A DNA stretch of 64,000 bases from Azolla caroliniana (lineage: Eukaryota; Plantae; Polypodiophyta), in contig JBHGNT010000004.1 of NCBI GenBank assembly GCA_043228905.1, forward strand, positions 4,960,001 through 5,024,000. Direction: 5' to 3'. This document shows, one piece after another, positions 50,301-62,973 of this stretch (position 1 is its first letter; each line of letters opens with the position of its first letter). The translations under genes and the position numbers were made by a program. The notes below the pieces were generated by a model. It worked only from the letters and a program-made list of their open reading frames with translations. It made no database searches and was not told the DNA's origin.

Positions 50301-53300
50301 CATTTGCATACAAAGATTTTATTTCTTCTTGCATTGCAAGCTCCCACTTACTGCTAAGTTCACATGACATTGCCTCCTTATAAGTAAGAGGTTCACCCTC
50401 ATCTGACAGCATGACATAATGCAAAGAGAGGTCATATCTATATACCTGCCTCCTTAAACGATTAGACCTACGTACCCAATGATCATTATTTTCTGGGATT
50501 GGTTTTAAATCTAGAGGAAAATCAGTTTCAGCGCTTTCTAGCTGTTGCAAACCATGTCTAGCATGTCATTCAACATCTATATTTTGTTGTTCAGTATCTT
50601 GATCTCGTTGTCCAACACCTTCATGAGCATCTCTTTGCTGTCCAACTTCTTTTGGCTCAAGGATAACCGGTTGATCATCATATTCAACCTTTGGTATAGC
50701 ATCATGAGGTTTATTTTCAGATTTTGTGGATGGCTGTAATTGCTGAAATATAACGCTCCTAGAGTTCTCAACAGAGGAACAAATATTTTTCAGCAATTTT
50801 TCTTCATTAAAAACAACATCCCAGCTGCATACACTTTTTCTGAACTGAAGTAACCAAATCCTATAGCCCATTTCACCTTCATTACCATAGCCCATAAAAA
50901 TGCCCATGGTGGACTTAGCATTGAGCTTGTTTCTCAGCTCAGTTCTAATGTGTACAAATGCATCGCAACCGAAAATTCGTAAATGGTAATATGAGGCTGG
51001 TTTGCCAGACCAAACCTCCTCAGGGATTCCATTCTTTAAGGACTTGTTGGGAGAACGATTACATATATGAACCACGGTTTTTAATGCTTCTCCCCAAAAT
51101 TCATGAGGGAGATTAGCTGTGGACAGCATGCACCGTACTCGCTCACACAAGGTCCTAGTATATCTTGTTAGATATAATCAATGATCAGCCCCAAGTTGTA
51201 AATCTATCCCCATATGTGCTCTTAGAGTGCACATTTTGTGATAGCGCCCCAAATGAGGAGCGGCTAGTGTGCAACTCGACCATATGGGTCGATAAGGTGT
51301 TAATCTAGGAAACCGTAGATGCGTAGGACACAATGTATTTAGGAAAGAGAGAAATAGGTAATAGGATTGGCTAATCAAGTCAACTAGGATATTTTGTGGG
51401 CAAGTTACGATATACTTAGTCTTGAAGTATGCGTCATTGACTTCAAGATAAGTACTATCTAGCATTAGCCTGTACCTAGGGAGTTGGTCATATTAAATGA
51501 CAAGTTAGTTGACACAAAAGGAATATCTCCACTACTATCAACTGACTTGCACATTTAATGTTATACTTAGACCAAACATAGAAAGCAATCCACTTCCTTT
51601 TCATAGTGGTTGGCTTGATTATCAGTCCCCACTAATTTTGTAGTGAGCTGTTCCATATCCTATCTAAGCTCTAAGGTGTGAGTGCATGGGAAAACTACCA
51701 TTGTGAGCTACTCTCATATGTAATAGAAGTTTTGTTTTCATATATCCCATCTCTGTAGTTGTAACTCTATATACCTATCTAATCGATTCTCAATATTTCT
51801 AACATACCTTTCTACCACCCCATTTGATGAAGAGTTATATGGAGTTGTAAGTTCTCCTTTAATACCATGTAAGTCACAAAAGGACTTAAAATCTGCAAAT
51901 GTAAACTCACCCCCATTATCTGTTCCAAGACATTTCAGTTTTGTCCCTTTTTGGGTAGTCACAAATGCATGAAAAGATTTAAATGCATTACCTTTTTTTT
52001 TCATCAAGTACACCTAAATCTTCCTAGAATAATCGATAAAGGAAATAAAATAAGCAACACCACCCAAAGATTTTACATGCATGCTACAGACATCAGAATG
52101 CACCAAATCTAGCACATTTGGTTTACGAGAGACACCAGAATAATAAGAATTTCTCACTTGTTTGCCAAATAGACAATCATTACAAAAAACCAGCTTTGAT
52201 CCTTTAACATCAAGTCTTTTTAGAGAAGAAAAGACTTCAAGTCCTTTTTGGTTCATATGTCCTAATCTCTTATGCCAAAGCTCTAAACGAGAATCAAATT
52301 CAGCAATAGCAAGAAACCTTCAGGTAAAGCTTTACATGCAAACACTAGAGAGTGCCCTTTTTGCAACCTTTCACAATATCCATAGATCCTTTCTTAAGTT
52401 TCCACTATCCACCATTGAATAATGTGGTAACCATGCAAATCCATCTGTCCTATAGATAGCAAACTTTTCTTAATGCCAGGTACATACCTGACATCAATGA
52501 GCACGAGCTCTTGACCATTATCCAAAGACAAGTGTATAGTGCCAATACCATCAATATTGCAAACACTATCGTTACCAAGATAAACTTTTCCATGCTGCTT
52601 GCATCAAATGTGGTAAAGCACTCCAAACATGGAGTAACATGAAAAGAAGCCCCAGAGTCTACTATCCACGTCTGTGTCAATCCATCATCGATTGATAATA
52701 AAGCACCAATAACATTTGTTTTGGTGATTTGCATGTCTTGAACATGAGCTATGAAGGCATCACCTGTAATACAAAGTACATCACCATCTTCACCAGATAG
52801 GTCTTCAATGATAACATTTGAAGCCATATTAGCTTTCTCTATTGTATTAAATTTATTGTCTTTATTTTTCTTCTCTCCTACATTTCTTCCTTTCTAGTTC
52901 CATCTTCGAATATCTACACTCAGGTTTCTTAAGACCTTTACAGCCACACTGATAACATGTGATATCTTGTTGCTTTCCTTTCCCTCTACTCTTACTTTTA
53001 TTTCTTTGTCCTACATTTGGGTTCTTGTTATCATATCTCCCCCTAATATGGTATGTTGAACCACTACCTTCTCCGCTAGATTGTCTTCTAATCTCTTCAT
53101 TGAGAATAGAGCCTTGCACACCATCGATTCGGCAAATATTCCTCAGCAGCTTAGCACCACGATTCGGCACGATCAGATCGGCCATCTTTGTAAGGGAGAA
53201 TCCTCCCTCATTTTTCGATCTGCAGTCGATACTGTTAGTCGAAGAAAACCATGTCCGATCAAGGAGCAATGCACAAGATGGTCAGATACTCTATTCCCAG

Positions 53301-56300
53301 TTGGATGAGGGAAGAAGCTTCGGCCGAGGAAATAGAGGCCGACATGGTCAGTCGACCTGAGAACACGACCCCCACCATTGGCAAGAAGTCAAAAACACAC
53401 CAAGGTAGTTCGGCAGAAGGGGGAGCCATCCTGCTGGACCAAGTCGCCAAAACAACCCGATTGAATGTGGGTACTATGGGAAATTTGGCCACTACGAGGA
53501 GTGCCAAAAAAAGAAACAAGAGTTGGCTTCGACCAGCCGACAACTCATGAACTGTGCCTTGAATTTCGACTATGACGACCATGGCGGAATGTTCATAATG
53601 AGGCATAAAGCACACTCGATGTCGGCACAGGGTCCAACCAACACCTCTTCTTCAGACAATGTATGGTTTGTCGACTTTGGAGCGTCCAATCACATGACGT
53701 CTCACGAAGATTGGTTCTGAGAGTTGAGAAAGCTTGATCAACCCGGCTATGTCAAAATTGGGAATGACACAACTCAGCCCATTCAGCATGTCGGAAATGT
53801 CTCATTCGGGAACGACGGCAAACAAACCTACCTCAAGAATGTCTTCCATTGTTGAATAAGGCATGCAAGTACGATTTAATCACGACGGGTGTTTTATTGA
53901 GAAAGAAGGTCGACTCATAGCTCTCGGTCAAAGAGAAGGTCGAATGTTCATCCTCGAATCGAACGAGGTGAAGTCGGCCATGTTTGCGAAAGGCCTCAAA
54001 GTCGACACCGACTTAGAATTGTAGCACAAAAGAATCGGCCACATCAATCTCCAGAAGCTCAAGGGCATGAAGTCGAAAGGAGTCGTCAACGGACACCCAA
54101 CCTTTATAGAGAAGTAGATTACCAGAGTGTGTGAAGCTTGCCAATTCGGCAAGCAACATCGACAACCGTTCCCAAAAGAGAGGAACGTAAGTAAACGAAT
54201 CCTGGATGTAATACATTCAGATGTATGGAGACCAGCCCTAACAGCCACATTAAGTGAACGTCGATACTACCTCACATTCATTGACGACTTCTCCAGGCAC
54301 ACCTGGATTTACCCAATGCGACAAAGGAGCGAAGTGTTCGGACACTTCCCGCCTTTAAAAATGAAGTCTAAAAAACAACAAGATGACATGTTCGATGTCT
54401 TTGATTGGACGGAGGAAAGGAGTGTTTCTTAGACAAATTTATAGCCTATGTCCAAAAGGAAGGAATTCGTTGGGAATTTACCTGTCGACACACACTTCAG
54501 CAAAATGGAGTAGCTGAAAGGAAAACTCGGCAACATTGGAGGTGGCAAGAGTCATGATGAATGAAAAGAACCTGCCGGACTGGGCAGAAGCGACAAACAC
54601 AGCCGTCTACCTCATGAACAGGTGCACAACATCCGGGGTACATGACATAACACCCCACGAGAAGTTTTTCGGGAAGAAGCTGGACTTATCCTATGTCAGG
54701 ATATTCGGCTCAATCACATATGTACATATTTCTGACGAGAAGAGACATAAGCTCGATCCTAAGTTGGAGAAATGTATCCTCGTAGGATACTCACTCAAAC
54801 AAAAGTGCTATAATCCATCTACCCGAAAAGATCAAGTGAGTCGTGATGTCGTTTTTTACGAGTCGGCATCTTGGTACGAACTAGAGACGAATCCGACTCC
54901 AACCCTAGTCGATCCGAACTCGGCCGACCAAGAGATAGAAGTTGAAGATCAACTCAGGCATATGTTCGAATAAAGTCCAATTACGACCAGACTGAGTGAA
55001 CCTCAAGAGCCTCCGCGCGATCAAAGCACATCTCGTCTGAATCCAAAGATGGATAAAGGGAAGGCCAAAATGCTAGAGTACGAAGATCTGGACAACGCAT
55101 TGACTCACTCACTCGATAATTAGTTCGAAGGCCTTGATGCCCCTATCATCCGGATGAATGGAGTTAAGAAAGCCATAATTGCAGCAAACGAGAAACTTTG
55201 TCCCTCTTTCCGAGGCAACTAAGGATCCATGATGGGTCGAAGCCATGAACGAGGAAATGTAGGCACTATGCAAAAACGAGACATGGGATCTCATCCCTCA
55301 CTCACCACACAAGAAAGCAGTCGGTTGTAGGTGGATCTACAAGGTAAAATATAATGCCGATGGCTCGGTAAATGGCTACGAGGCACGACTCGAAGCAATA
55401 CGATATGCGCAAACGTACGAAGTCGACTACAAGGAGACCTTTGTCCCGGTGGCAAGGATGACCAAATGTGTGGACAGTCATTTCACTCGCAGCTTCTAAA
55501 GGGTGGCATCTCCATCAAATGTGTGAAAGTGTTTTTAGAATTCAAGGTATTGAAGTCTACAAAAATATAAGGTATGGAGCATTCACACCCGAAGGCCAAG
55601 AACACGAGCTAAGGTTTCAAGTATAAGTCAAACTAAAAGCAAGAAAGATGGAGAAAAGTCAAAGAAGAAAAAAACGGGCCACCAAAATACAGTCTACAAC
55701 GAACGCCCATAACTCATTCGTTTGGAAGCCAAATATAATGTGTAAATATGGGTTAGAAAGCTTATGACGAGAGCTATCCGTAGCTTTTTAAAACTCTAAA
55801 TTTGGAGCATGGATGAGGGAGATATGACGATTAGAAGATCGTTGTGTCATAGCTAAGAATAGGAGATGGAAAAGCTCTAAAAAAAGCGTGGAAAAGAAAG
55901 CAGGCGAAACTTATCTACTAGAGGAGAACTTCATATAAAGCAAGAAGAGTGAGGTGGTGAAAGGAGAGTCTTTTTCTTGTGGGGTTTTTCTTGCCTATTC
56001 ATGTAGTGCGTTTTTTCTAGTGATCAATTCATTCTTGTAGGCTTGAGTTTATGTATCTTCTTTCTCTTGTTTCTATGATCATCACTCCTTATTAATATAT
56101 CTTTGTAGATTTGGGTTTCTATATCTTCCTTCTCTCTCTTTTCTATCATCATCTCTCTTTTCATTTTTGGCGCTCCAGGGAGGGTCGATCCTTTCTGTAT
56201 AACGGGAGGAACGGTTGTCCACTAATTGATGGTTGGATCTACCGATTCATCATCAAACTAATGGCAAGATATGGAGTTCGCGATGCGACAGATCTACGAA

Positions 56301-59300
56301 GAGAACTTTTCCAATTGCGTATGGTTTCACCAATGTGCTACCTCGAGTATGAGAAGACGTTTTTGGATATATGGTCCACTTGGATTGGACTTGTTGGAGG
56401 CGTTGAAGATGTATACTTCAAGATGGAAAGATTCAAAGCAGGGCTAGATCCATATTTTCAATATGAAGTGCATATGAAGTACCCAAGGTCTTTCCATGAT
56501 TTGCTTCGAGTATGTCAAAGTTATGATCAACAATTGAAGAAGTTGTTTTTCGGTGAAGCATATGGAGTATCGGCGTCATATACCATAAATCCAAGCTATA
56601 ATAATTGTGGATCGGTCATGAGCCAACAACCAGCCTACTTGCAATGTCCGATTCAACAGGTTCCCTCATATCATTATTCTAATTTTTGGAGTTATAATGA
56701 TGTCTATGAAGGTGATTCCAGAGACAATGAAGAAGAGGTGATGAATGTGGAGTCCCCCCATCTAGTTCATGAGGACAACCATGATATAAAGAATGATGAT
56801 GTGAAAGACGAATCTAAGGAGATTGTTATGAGAAGCGATGTTATGGATGGTGATGCCAATGTACATCATGTTGAGGACATTATTGATACAACAAGCGATA
56901 TGGTGGTTGATGATGAATATGTGCAAGATGAAATGGAAGATATGACAAAAGAAGTTGTTGATGGTGAAGTACCCACAACGAAGTTGCAAGATGAAGAAGG
57001 TAACCTAGAAGTGATAGCTGGAGATTGGCTTTTGGAGATCAATGCGTGTAAGGAAGCATTGGTAAGTGCCAAGTTGCAGTGTATGAAGGTGTTCGTGCAT
57101 GATTTATGTTTTGGATTTGCATTGAGTAGCAACAAAGTTATGTGGGCATCAACTCTTCAACAACAATTTGATCAAGAGCAAAGAGAATTACTTGCAATGC
57201 ATGATTGGAGTATCATGAACTTATCACCATCAAAGGATCCACCACAACTAATCAAATGTATAAAGGAGAAGGAATCATCTATCGATAATGGCAATCAAGA
57301 AGAGGAAAGCATAACAATTGATGAATCTTCATGGGATAGGGAAAACAAATCATTCCACATGGTGTCTAAGGAGGAAGAAGAAGTCATTGAAGAGAAAAGT
57401 ATTATCACCCTAAAGGGGAAAAAAATGATGATTTCAAACGATGTCCAAGGAGAAGAGGATCTAAGGTTTATTTCTCTTTTTTTTAAGTTTACAAAGTTAT
57501 TCATAAATGACTATTCACAGATAAGAGTAGAAGGCATCAAACACCACATCAAGTTGGAGAATTTGAAGTTTGTCTCACTTATTGTGGTTGTTCCAAAGGA
57601 GAAAGACGTCAACTTCCAACCCTTGAATGATTCAACCAAATGAGTTTTATTTTTGCTTCCTTTTCGAGATGAGATTCTAGATGAAATGGTCATACATACA
57701 AAACAAGGTAATGTGAAGAATGTGGTGTGCCAAGAAGAAAGTCATGTTGATGAAGCAAAGATCGACGTAATTCAAAATATGACAATTCTGACAAGTATCG
57801 AAGCTTTGAAGGTATTTGTACAAAAGGTTCGCTCGCTCGAAAGATTTATTCATATGTTAACATGCTTACTTCTATCAAGAGTTATGTATCACATAGACCT
57901 ACTTCTGTTTGGAAAGTTGATGAAGATATACTAATTGTTGTAACCTCTTTCTTTGTGTTGACAAGGAGAAAGATGGTGATGGCAATTGTCAATGTGTATG
58001 TGTGTGTGTTTAGAAGTGTGAGGTTTTTCCTATCGACTAGTGGGGGTTTTACTCACATCATTTGTTTTTATTTATTTATTATCTCCTTCTTTGTCTATAG
58101 CCATGAATAAGGCGAAGGAGAACCTTTAGTTTTATTAGTAGCTTAGGGTTCACCATAAATGGTTCACCAAAAAGCAAGGGGGAGGGCTAAATGTGAAAGT
58201 GTTTTTAGAATTCAAGGTATTGAAGTCTACAAAAATATAAGGTATGGAGCATTCACACCCGAAGGCCAAGAACACGAGCTAAGGTTTCAAGTATAAGTCA
58301 AACTAAAAGCAAGAAAGATGGAGAAAAGTCAAAGAAGAAAAAAACGGGCCACCAAAATACAGTCTACAACGAACGCCCATAACTCATTCGTTTGGAAGCC
58401 AAATATAATGTGTAAATATGGGTTAGAAAGCTTATGACGAGAGCTATCCGTAGCTTTTTAAAACTCTAAATTTGGAGCATGGATGAGGGAGATATGACGA
58501 TTAGAAGATCGTTGTGTCATAGCTAAGAATAGGAGATGGAAAAGCTCTAAAAAAAGCGTGGAAAAGAAAGCAGGCGAAACTTATCTACTAGAGGAGAACT
58601 TCATATAAAGCAAGAAGAGTGAGGTGGTGAAAGGAGAGTCTTTTTCTTGTGGGGTTTTTCTTGCCTATTCATGTAGTGCGTTTTTTCTAGTGATCAATTC
58701 ATTCTTGTAGGCTTGAGTTTATGTATCTTCTTTCTCTTGTTTCTATGATCATCACTCCTTATTAATATATCTTTGTAGATTTGGGTTTCTATATCTTCCT
58801 TCTCTCTCTTTTCTATCATCATCTCTCTTTTCAAAATGGACGTGAAGAACGCCTTCCTTCAAGGCGAATTAGAAGAGGAGGTTTTCATGATTCAACCACC
58901 TGGTTTCAAATCGACCAAGCATCTGACCGCAGTCTGGCAACTCAAGAAGCCATTGTACGGACTCAAACAAGCACCACGTGCTTGGCATTCGAAGATCACT
59001 CAGTATCTTCAACAAATCGACTTCCGAATGGAGGTTTTCATGATTCAACCACCTGGTTTCAAATCGACCAAGCATCCGACCGCAGTTTGCCAACTCAAGA
59101 AGCCGTTGTACGGACTCAAACAAGCACCACGTGCTTGGCATTCGAAGATCACTCAGTATCTTCAACAAATCGGCTTCCGAATGTCAAAGTTAGACAACTC
59201 CCTCTACATAAGAAGCGAATCTAATAGCTCGATTGTCATCATCTTGTACGTGGATGATCGAGTCATCAGAGGAAAGAATCTAACCAACGTCCATAAGGTC

Positions 59301-62300
59301 GAAACCCTCCTATCCGGCAAATTCGAAATGAAAGAAGTAATTCCTCAGTATAGAAGTAATTCAGACACTAGTTTGGATCATCATCTCCCAACGGCACTAC
59401 ATTCTCAACTTGTTGTACAAGTTTGGGATAACAGAATGCAAACCTGTGTCCACCCCTCTCGATCAAAACCTCAAGCTCAATGCCGACTCAGGAACCGAAG
59501 AGTTGATTGGTAGCTTCATCTATCTAACCATTACACGACTTGACCTCAGCTATTCGGCTGGTCTACTTAGCCGATTCATGCAAAAACCTCAAGATATTCA
59601 TTTGGATTGCTCTAAAAGAGTTCTCAGGTACATCAGTGGGACAATGGATTACGGCATCATGTATAAGTCGAACACGATTGTTCAACTCGAAGGGTACACA
59701 AATGCAAACTGTGTTGGCTACAAAGCTGAGAGATGATCAACATCGGGATTCTTCTTCTTCCTTGGCAGCAGAGCCATATCGTGGAGCAGCAAGAAGCAAC
59801 CGACAGTTGCACTGTCGAGCATAGAGGCCGAATATAGGGGTGCGGCAATTGCCGCCTATGAAGCCGTTTGGCTTAAACGAATCTTGAAGTATCTGGGCGT
59901 CCCCATTAAGGATCTGATTCTCCTGTATTGTGACAACATGAGTAGTATTTATCTGGCTCAGATCTTGGTGTTCCATGCACGCATGAACCATATTGAAGTG
60001 TACTATCACTTTATCGAAGTGTGTGTTCAGGCTGGAGATGTCAACCTTTAACACATCAATACAGACCTTGAGGTAGTCAACATCTTCACAAAAACCTTAG
60101 GCGTTGTCAAGCTCAGGCAATTCATGTCAGACCTTGGTCTAACTATAGTCGCATTGTCAAGCTTGAGGGGGAGTACAACACCACCGACGAGTACAATGTA
60201 GTAGCCGATCAGTCGATCGAGGTAGGAAGCCGTTTCGACCAGGGTAGTCGAAGACGAAGGAGAACAGTTGAAACCGATCTGACCAACCATTTGGACTCCG
60301 AACCGAGGAATCCAGAAAGCCGAAATGAACCAAACAACAAGACAACTTTGCGGTGACCGGAAGTTGTGTTTGAAGGGGTGTGTTGAGAATCAAACTCAAC
60401 TTCCTCAATGCAATGGCTTTCACACTAGCAATGGGCATTCTAGGTTCAGGCTAGTTTTGTAAATAGTAGAAAAGGAAGTTGCCCTAGGTTAGTTGGTATT
60501 TAAAACAACCCTTTGTAACTAAGTTACTATTGGATGTATTTCATATTTTCTAATATAGCTTCTTGTTCTCAATTCTCTGTCTCTCTAAAATCTCTCTATC
60601 TCTCTGCTTGTCTTACACACACACATAGTTTTCTTCCACTGCACAACCTCACCTACACTCTCCATTCTTTACAATATTTCTGCAATTCCTATTTTGAAAT
60701 GTAAGTTGCTAACACGTCAATTGAAAGCCAAAAACATAAATGTAATATTTTGGTTTAAGTCGAGATCTTTGTTGCATTTATTCAAGATCAAGATTTAATA
60801 ATAAGATGAAGATCATTATTCAAGGCAGTATGAAGATTAAATATTCCAAAATAAAGAAATTAGTTCATTCCCAGGTGCAATGTCTAAAATAACACAAAAC
60901 CAGAGACAGAATTTCATTAGTAGTTGGAGCATTTTTGAGTTCGTGTAAATGTTGAGAGTGGGTTATTAGAATACACCAAGTGTTCGAGTACTGCATCAAT
61001 ATTTATGCCATATTCAATCTGAGCAGTTCAAAATTTAGCCTGGTCAAAATTCAAAGAGGTTTGTGCACATAAATTTGATGCTAGCAACGGTTTTCTTTTT
61101 TCCTGTTGTGCTAGTGTGTGGATAGACCATGCTATTTGGTGGCCTATGATAAGGTGATGATGGGGATGTAGAGGTTTTTATATTTAAGAAAAAGGCTCTT
61201 TGGATTTGCATGCTGTGAATGTGTGACAAAGAGCCATCTGATTATTCTCGAAAGCCATGGCTGATAGCTCAACAGGATTGGCTTTACAGATACATACATG
61301 GCTTTATGGATTAACCTAGGAATGATAGAATAGGCTTGTAATGAAAATGCTCCAATTCATGTCATGTGGGTGTCTAGGTTGACATTTGCTCAAGAAGAAT
61401 GTAATCAAGAATAGTTGAAGTCAATCTTTGATAAAGATGAGTGCTTTGGCTCTATGTAGTACGCTGATGGTTCTCCTTGTGGGGAATCAAAAAATCTGCT
61501 AAGGACATTTTTATGAAGATGCTGGTATCAAATGTGTTTGAATAGAAGTGAGGATACTCTGGAACATTCGACAAATATCTGAAGGATTTTGTTGCTCATT
61601 ATTGGGAACACTGCATTCATAGTACTCTATGTTTGCACATTCCTCTCTTACACATCCATACATTTCACGCATTGCAAATGCTTAAGTGATCTGATCAGGC
61701 TTACTTAGATGGCCAGGTTCTTTTTTTCAATTGCAAACTGTCATTTACACAGCTTTCTCAGACTACCTCTTTTTCGAAACCTTGTAATAGATGGAAGTAT
61801 GATTGTAAATAAATCAGCAGCCTCTTGTTGTAATTATTTTGCTTTGTGTTGATAATGCTGTGGTTATCTCAAAACCACATATGGCATATCTATTGACGTT
61901 GAAGGACATTTTTACTCCTCCCATTTCGTTATACCGCTGCTTGATGCATTCTCAATCTATTTCATCAATGTTCTATTTATCCTAGATAGAGTTTCTTTTC
62001 CCCTTTTTCCAAGTTATCAGTCATTAGCTCAGATGTAAATTTCTTTGGTCTCATAAAAGCCACTCAGAGAGACTAATTGATAATTTCATTTCTATTGGCT
62101 TCTAGGAGAGGAATTTTATGTTATAATTGCCATCTTATTATACGTTGATATCGGGTGGATCTAGAAGTGTATTCTGAGGAGAGCAAAAGTTAATTATCTT
62201 TATTAAATAGAAATGTCTAGATTACCTTGTCCTAGTGTAACACGATCTCGTTTGCACTCACATATAGGGTAATTCTGTTATAAACAAGGATAGCCTCTTT

Positions 62301-62973
62301 TGAGAAGACAGTTACTAGCTTCAAGGGACGATATACTGCATAGAAAGTTCAAAAGGAGTCTGTGTGATATATATGGCCAAGTTCAAGCTTTAGCGTACCA
62401 AATCTTTGCAGTGCAGGTTGTAGGATGAAGTTCAGATGCATGAGAACTTGACCTATACTCCATTGGTCGATATACTGCATAGAAAGTTCAAAAGGAATCT
62501 GTGTGATCAAGTGGTCTGCTTTTCCCAAATCTTATCTCAGATGCATGAGAAATGGCTATTGGCATCAATCATTAGGTCATCTGGTGACCTACTTGCAAGT
62601 TTCAAAAAAGTTCTGCATTCAGAGACTTGGGTGATTCTTGAGAAAATGCTTTATGCATTGATCCTCCATTTTATTCCTGTCAACTGGCCATTTCTGCCCT
62701 AGGGAGATTAAAATTAAGCATTGGAAAACTACCCCCCGTTTTACTCACAATTTGTGAAAGGAGAAAGAAAGAAATGTCTGATTTGTCCAGTGTTAGAATG
62801 AAAATTCTGTTTGCACTTCAAAGTTTTGTAGTGTCAAGAACCCTCATGATCATAAATGAACAAGGTAATAAGTCAGTCAAAGGACATTGCTGGGTGGTTT
62901 CAATACTTAATTTGGGTTGACATTTCTTTTCTTCTCTTTTGCAGGAACTGTTAGGGCTGTACGGGATGACTAA
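47118..62973 (+). CDS. NDUFC2: Mitochondrial NADH:ubiquinone oxidoreductase (complex I) subunit B14.5b/NDUFC2 homologue, 3 exons, 84 aa
   Basis: Exons 47118-47205, 47868-48005, 62945-62973 (GT-AG, phases match) give MGTATFIGAAFGLASQFYSNAIRKQPLMRHPWEHLLLIGLG...WEEKLQGDVEK...NKRRFRGTVRAVRDD*. The YSNA.RK.P.MRHPWEH motif matches the plant B14.5b family as recalled (Arabidopsis At4g20150). Exons 1-2 are firm; the last exon is inferred. Confidence 0.85.
48560..53125 (-). mobile_element. Ty1/Copia (Tnt1/Tork-like), 5' truncated, inside NDUFC2 intron 2
   Basis: Zinc knuckle CYQCG, PR WIVDSGASFH, IN LVHSDVC/TDNGGEF, RT YVDDML, RH RTKHID; PPT 48842-48853; 3' LTR about 48560-48841. Confidence 0.9.
51166..51804. 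mobile_element. Solo LTR inserted in the Copia integrase
   Basis: TGTTAGA...TCTAACA perfect 7-bp termini; TSD TATCT/TACCT; interrupts GVVER|Y..RTLCERVR. Confidence 0.88.
55522..58833 (+). mobile_element. Young non-autonomous Gypsy-derived LTR element (Gag-only, TR-GAG-like), 3312 bp
   Basis: 642-bp LTRs 55522-56163 and 58192-58833 with no difference seen by eye. TSD AAATG; PBS TGGCGCTCCAGGGAGG at 56168-56183; PPT 58169-58186. Confidence 0.95.
56261..57643 (+). CDS. Gag-like protein with acidic linker and vestigial RT N-terminus (460 aa)
   Basis: Open from ATG 56261. Gag capsid-like LRRELFQLRM...ERFKAGL...PRSFHDLL, then a D/E-rich tract, then GIKHHIKL...SLIVVVPK...VNFQPLNDSTK. Confidence 0.75.
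   Translation: MARYGVRDATDLRRELFQLRMVSPMCYLEYEKTFLDIWSTWIGLVGGVEDVYFKMERFKAGLDPYFQYEVHMKYPRSFHDLLRVCQSYDQQLKKLFFGEAYGVSASYTINPSYNNCGSVMSQQPAYLQCPIQQVPSYHYSNFWSYNDVYEGDSRDNEEEVMNVESPHLVHEDNHDIKNDDVKDESKEIVMRSDVMDGDANVHHVEDIIDTTSDMVVDDEYVQDEMEDMTKEVVDGEVPTTKLQDEEGNLEVIAGDWLLEINACKEALVSAKLQCMKVFVHDLCFGFALSSNKVMWASTLQQQFDQEQRELLAMHDWSIMNLSPSKDPPQLIKCIKEKESSIDNGNQEEESITIDESSWDRENKSFHMVSKEEEEVIEEKSIITLKGKKMMISNDVQGEEDLRFISLFFKFTKLFINDYSQIRVEGIKHHIKLENLKFVSLIVVVPKEKDVNFQPLNDSTK
58877..59182 (+). repeat. 153-bp in-frame tandem duplication in Copia RT
   Basis: 58877-59029 and 59030-59182 both encode EVFMIQPPGF...QYLQQI(D/G)FRM. Confidence 0.93.

Larger units (their letters stand above)
53130..60673 (+). 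mobile_element. Ty1/Copia related to the 40975 element, 5' truncated, 3' LTR 60381-60673
   Basis: gag end FFDLQSILLVEENH, PR WFVDFGASNHMT, IN CEACQFGKQHR/IHSDVW, RT MDVKNAFL, RH; PPT 60369-60380. Confidence 0.9.

Noticed and set aside
62330-62552. Short ~40-bp and ~15-bp direct duplications in the intron (similar ~45-bp pair at 29041-29133)
   Set aside because: Ordinary local duplications with no termini or coding signal.
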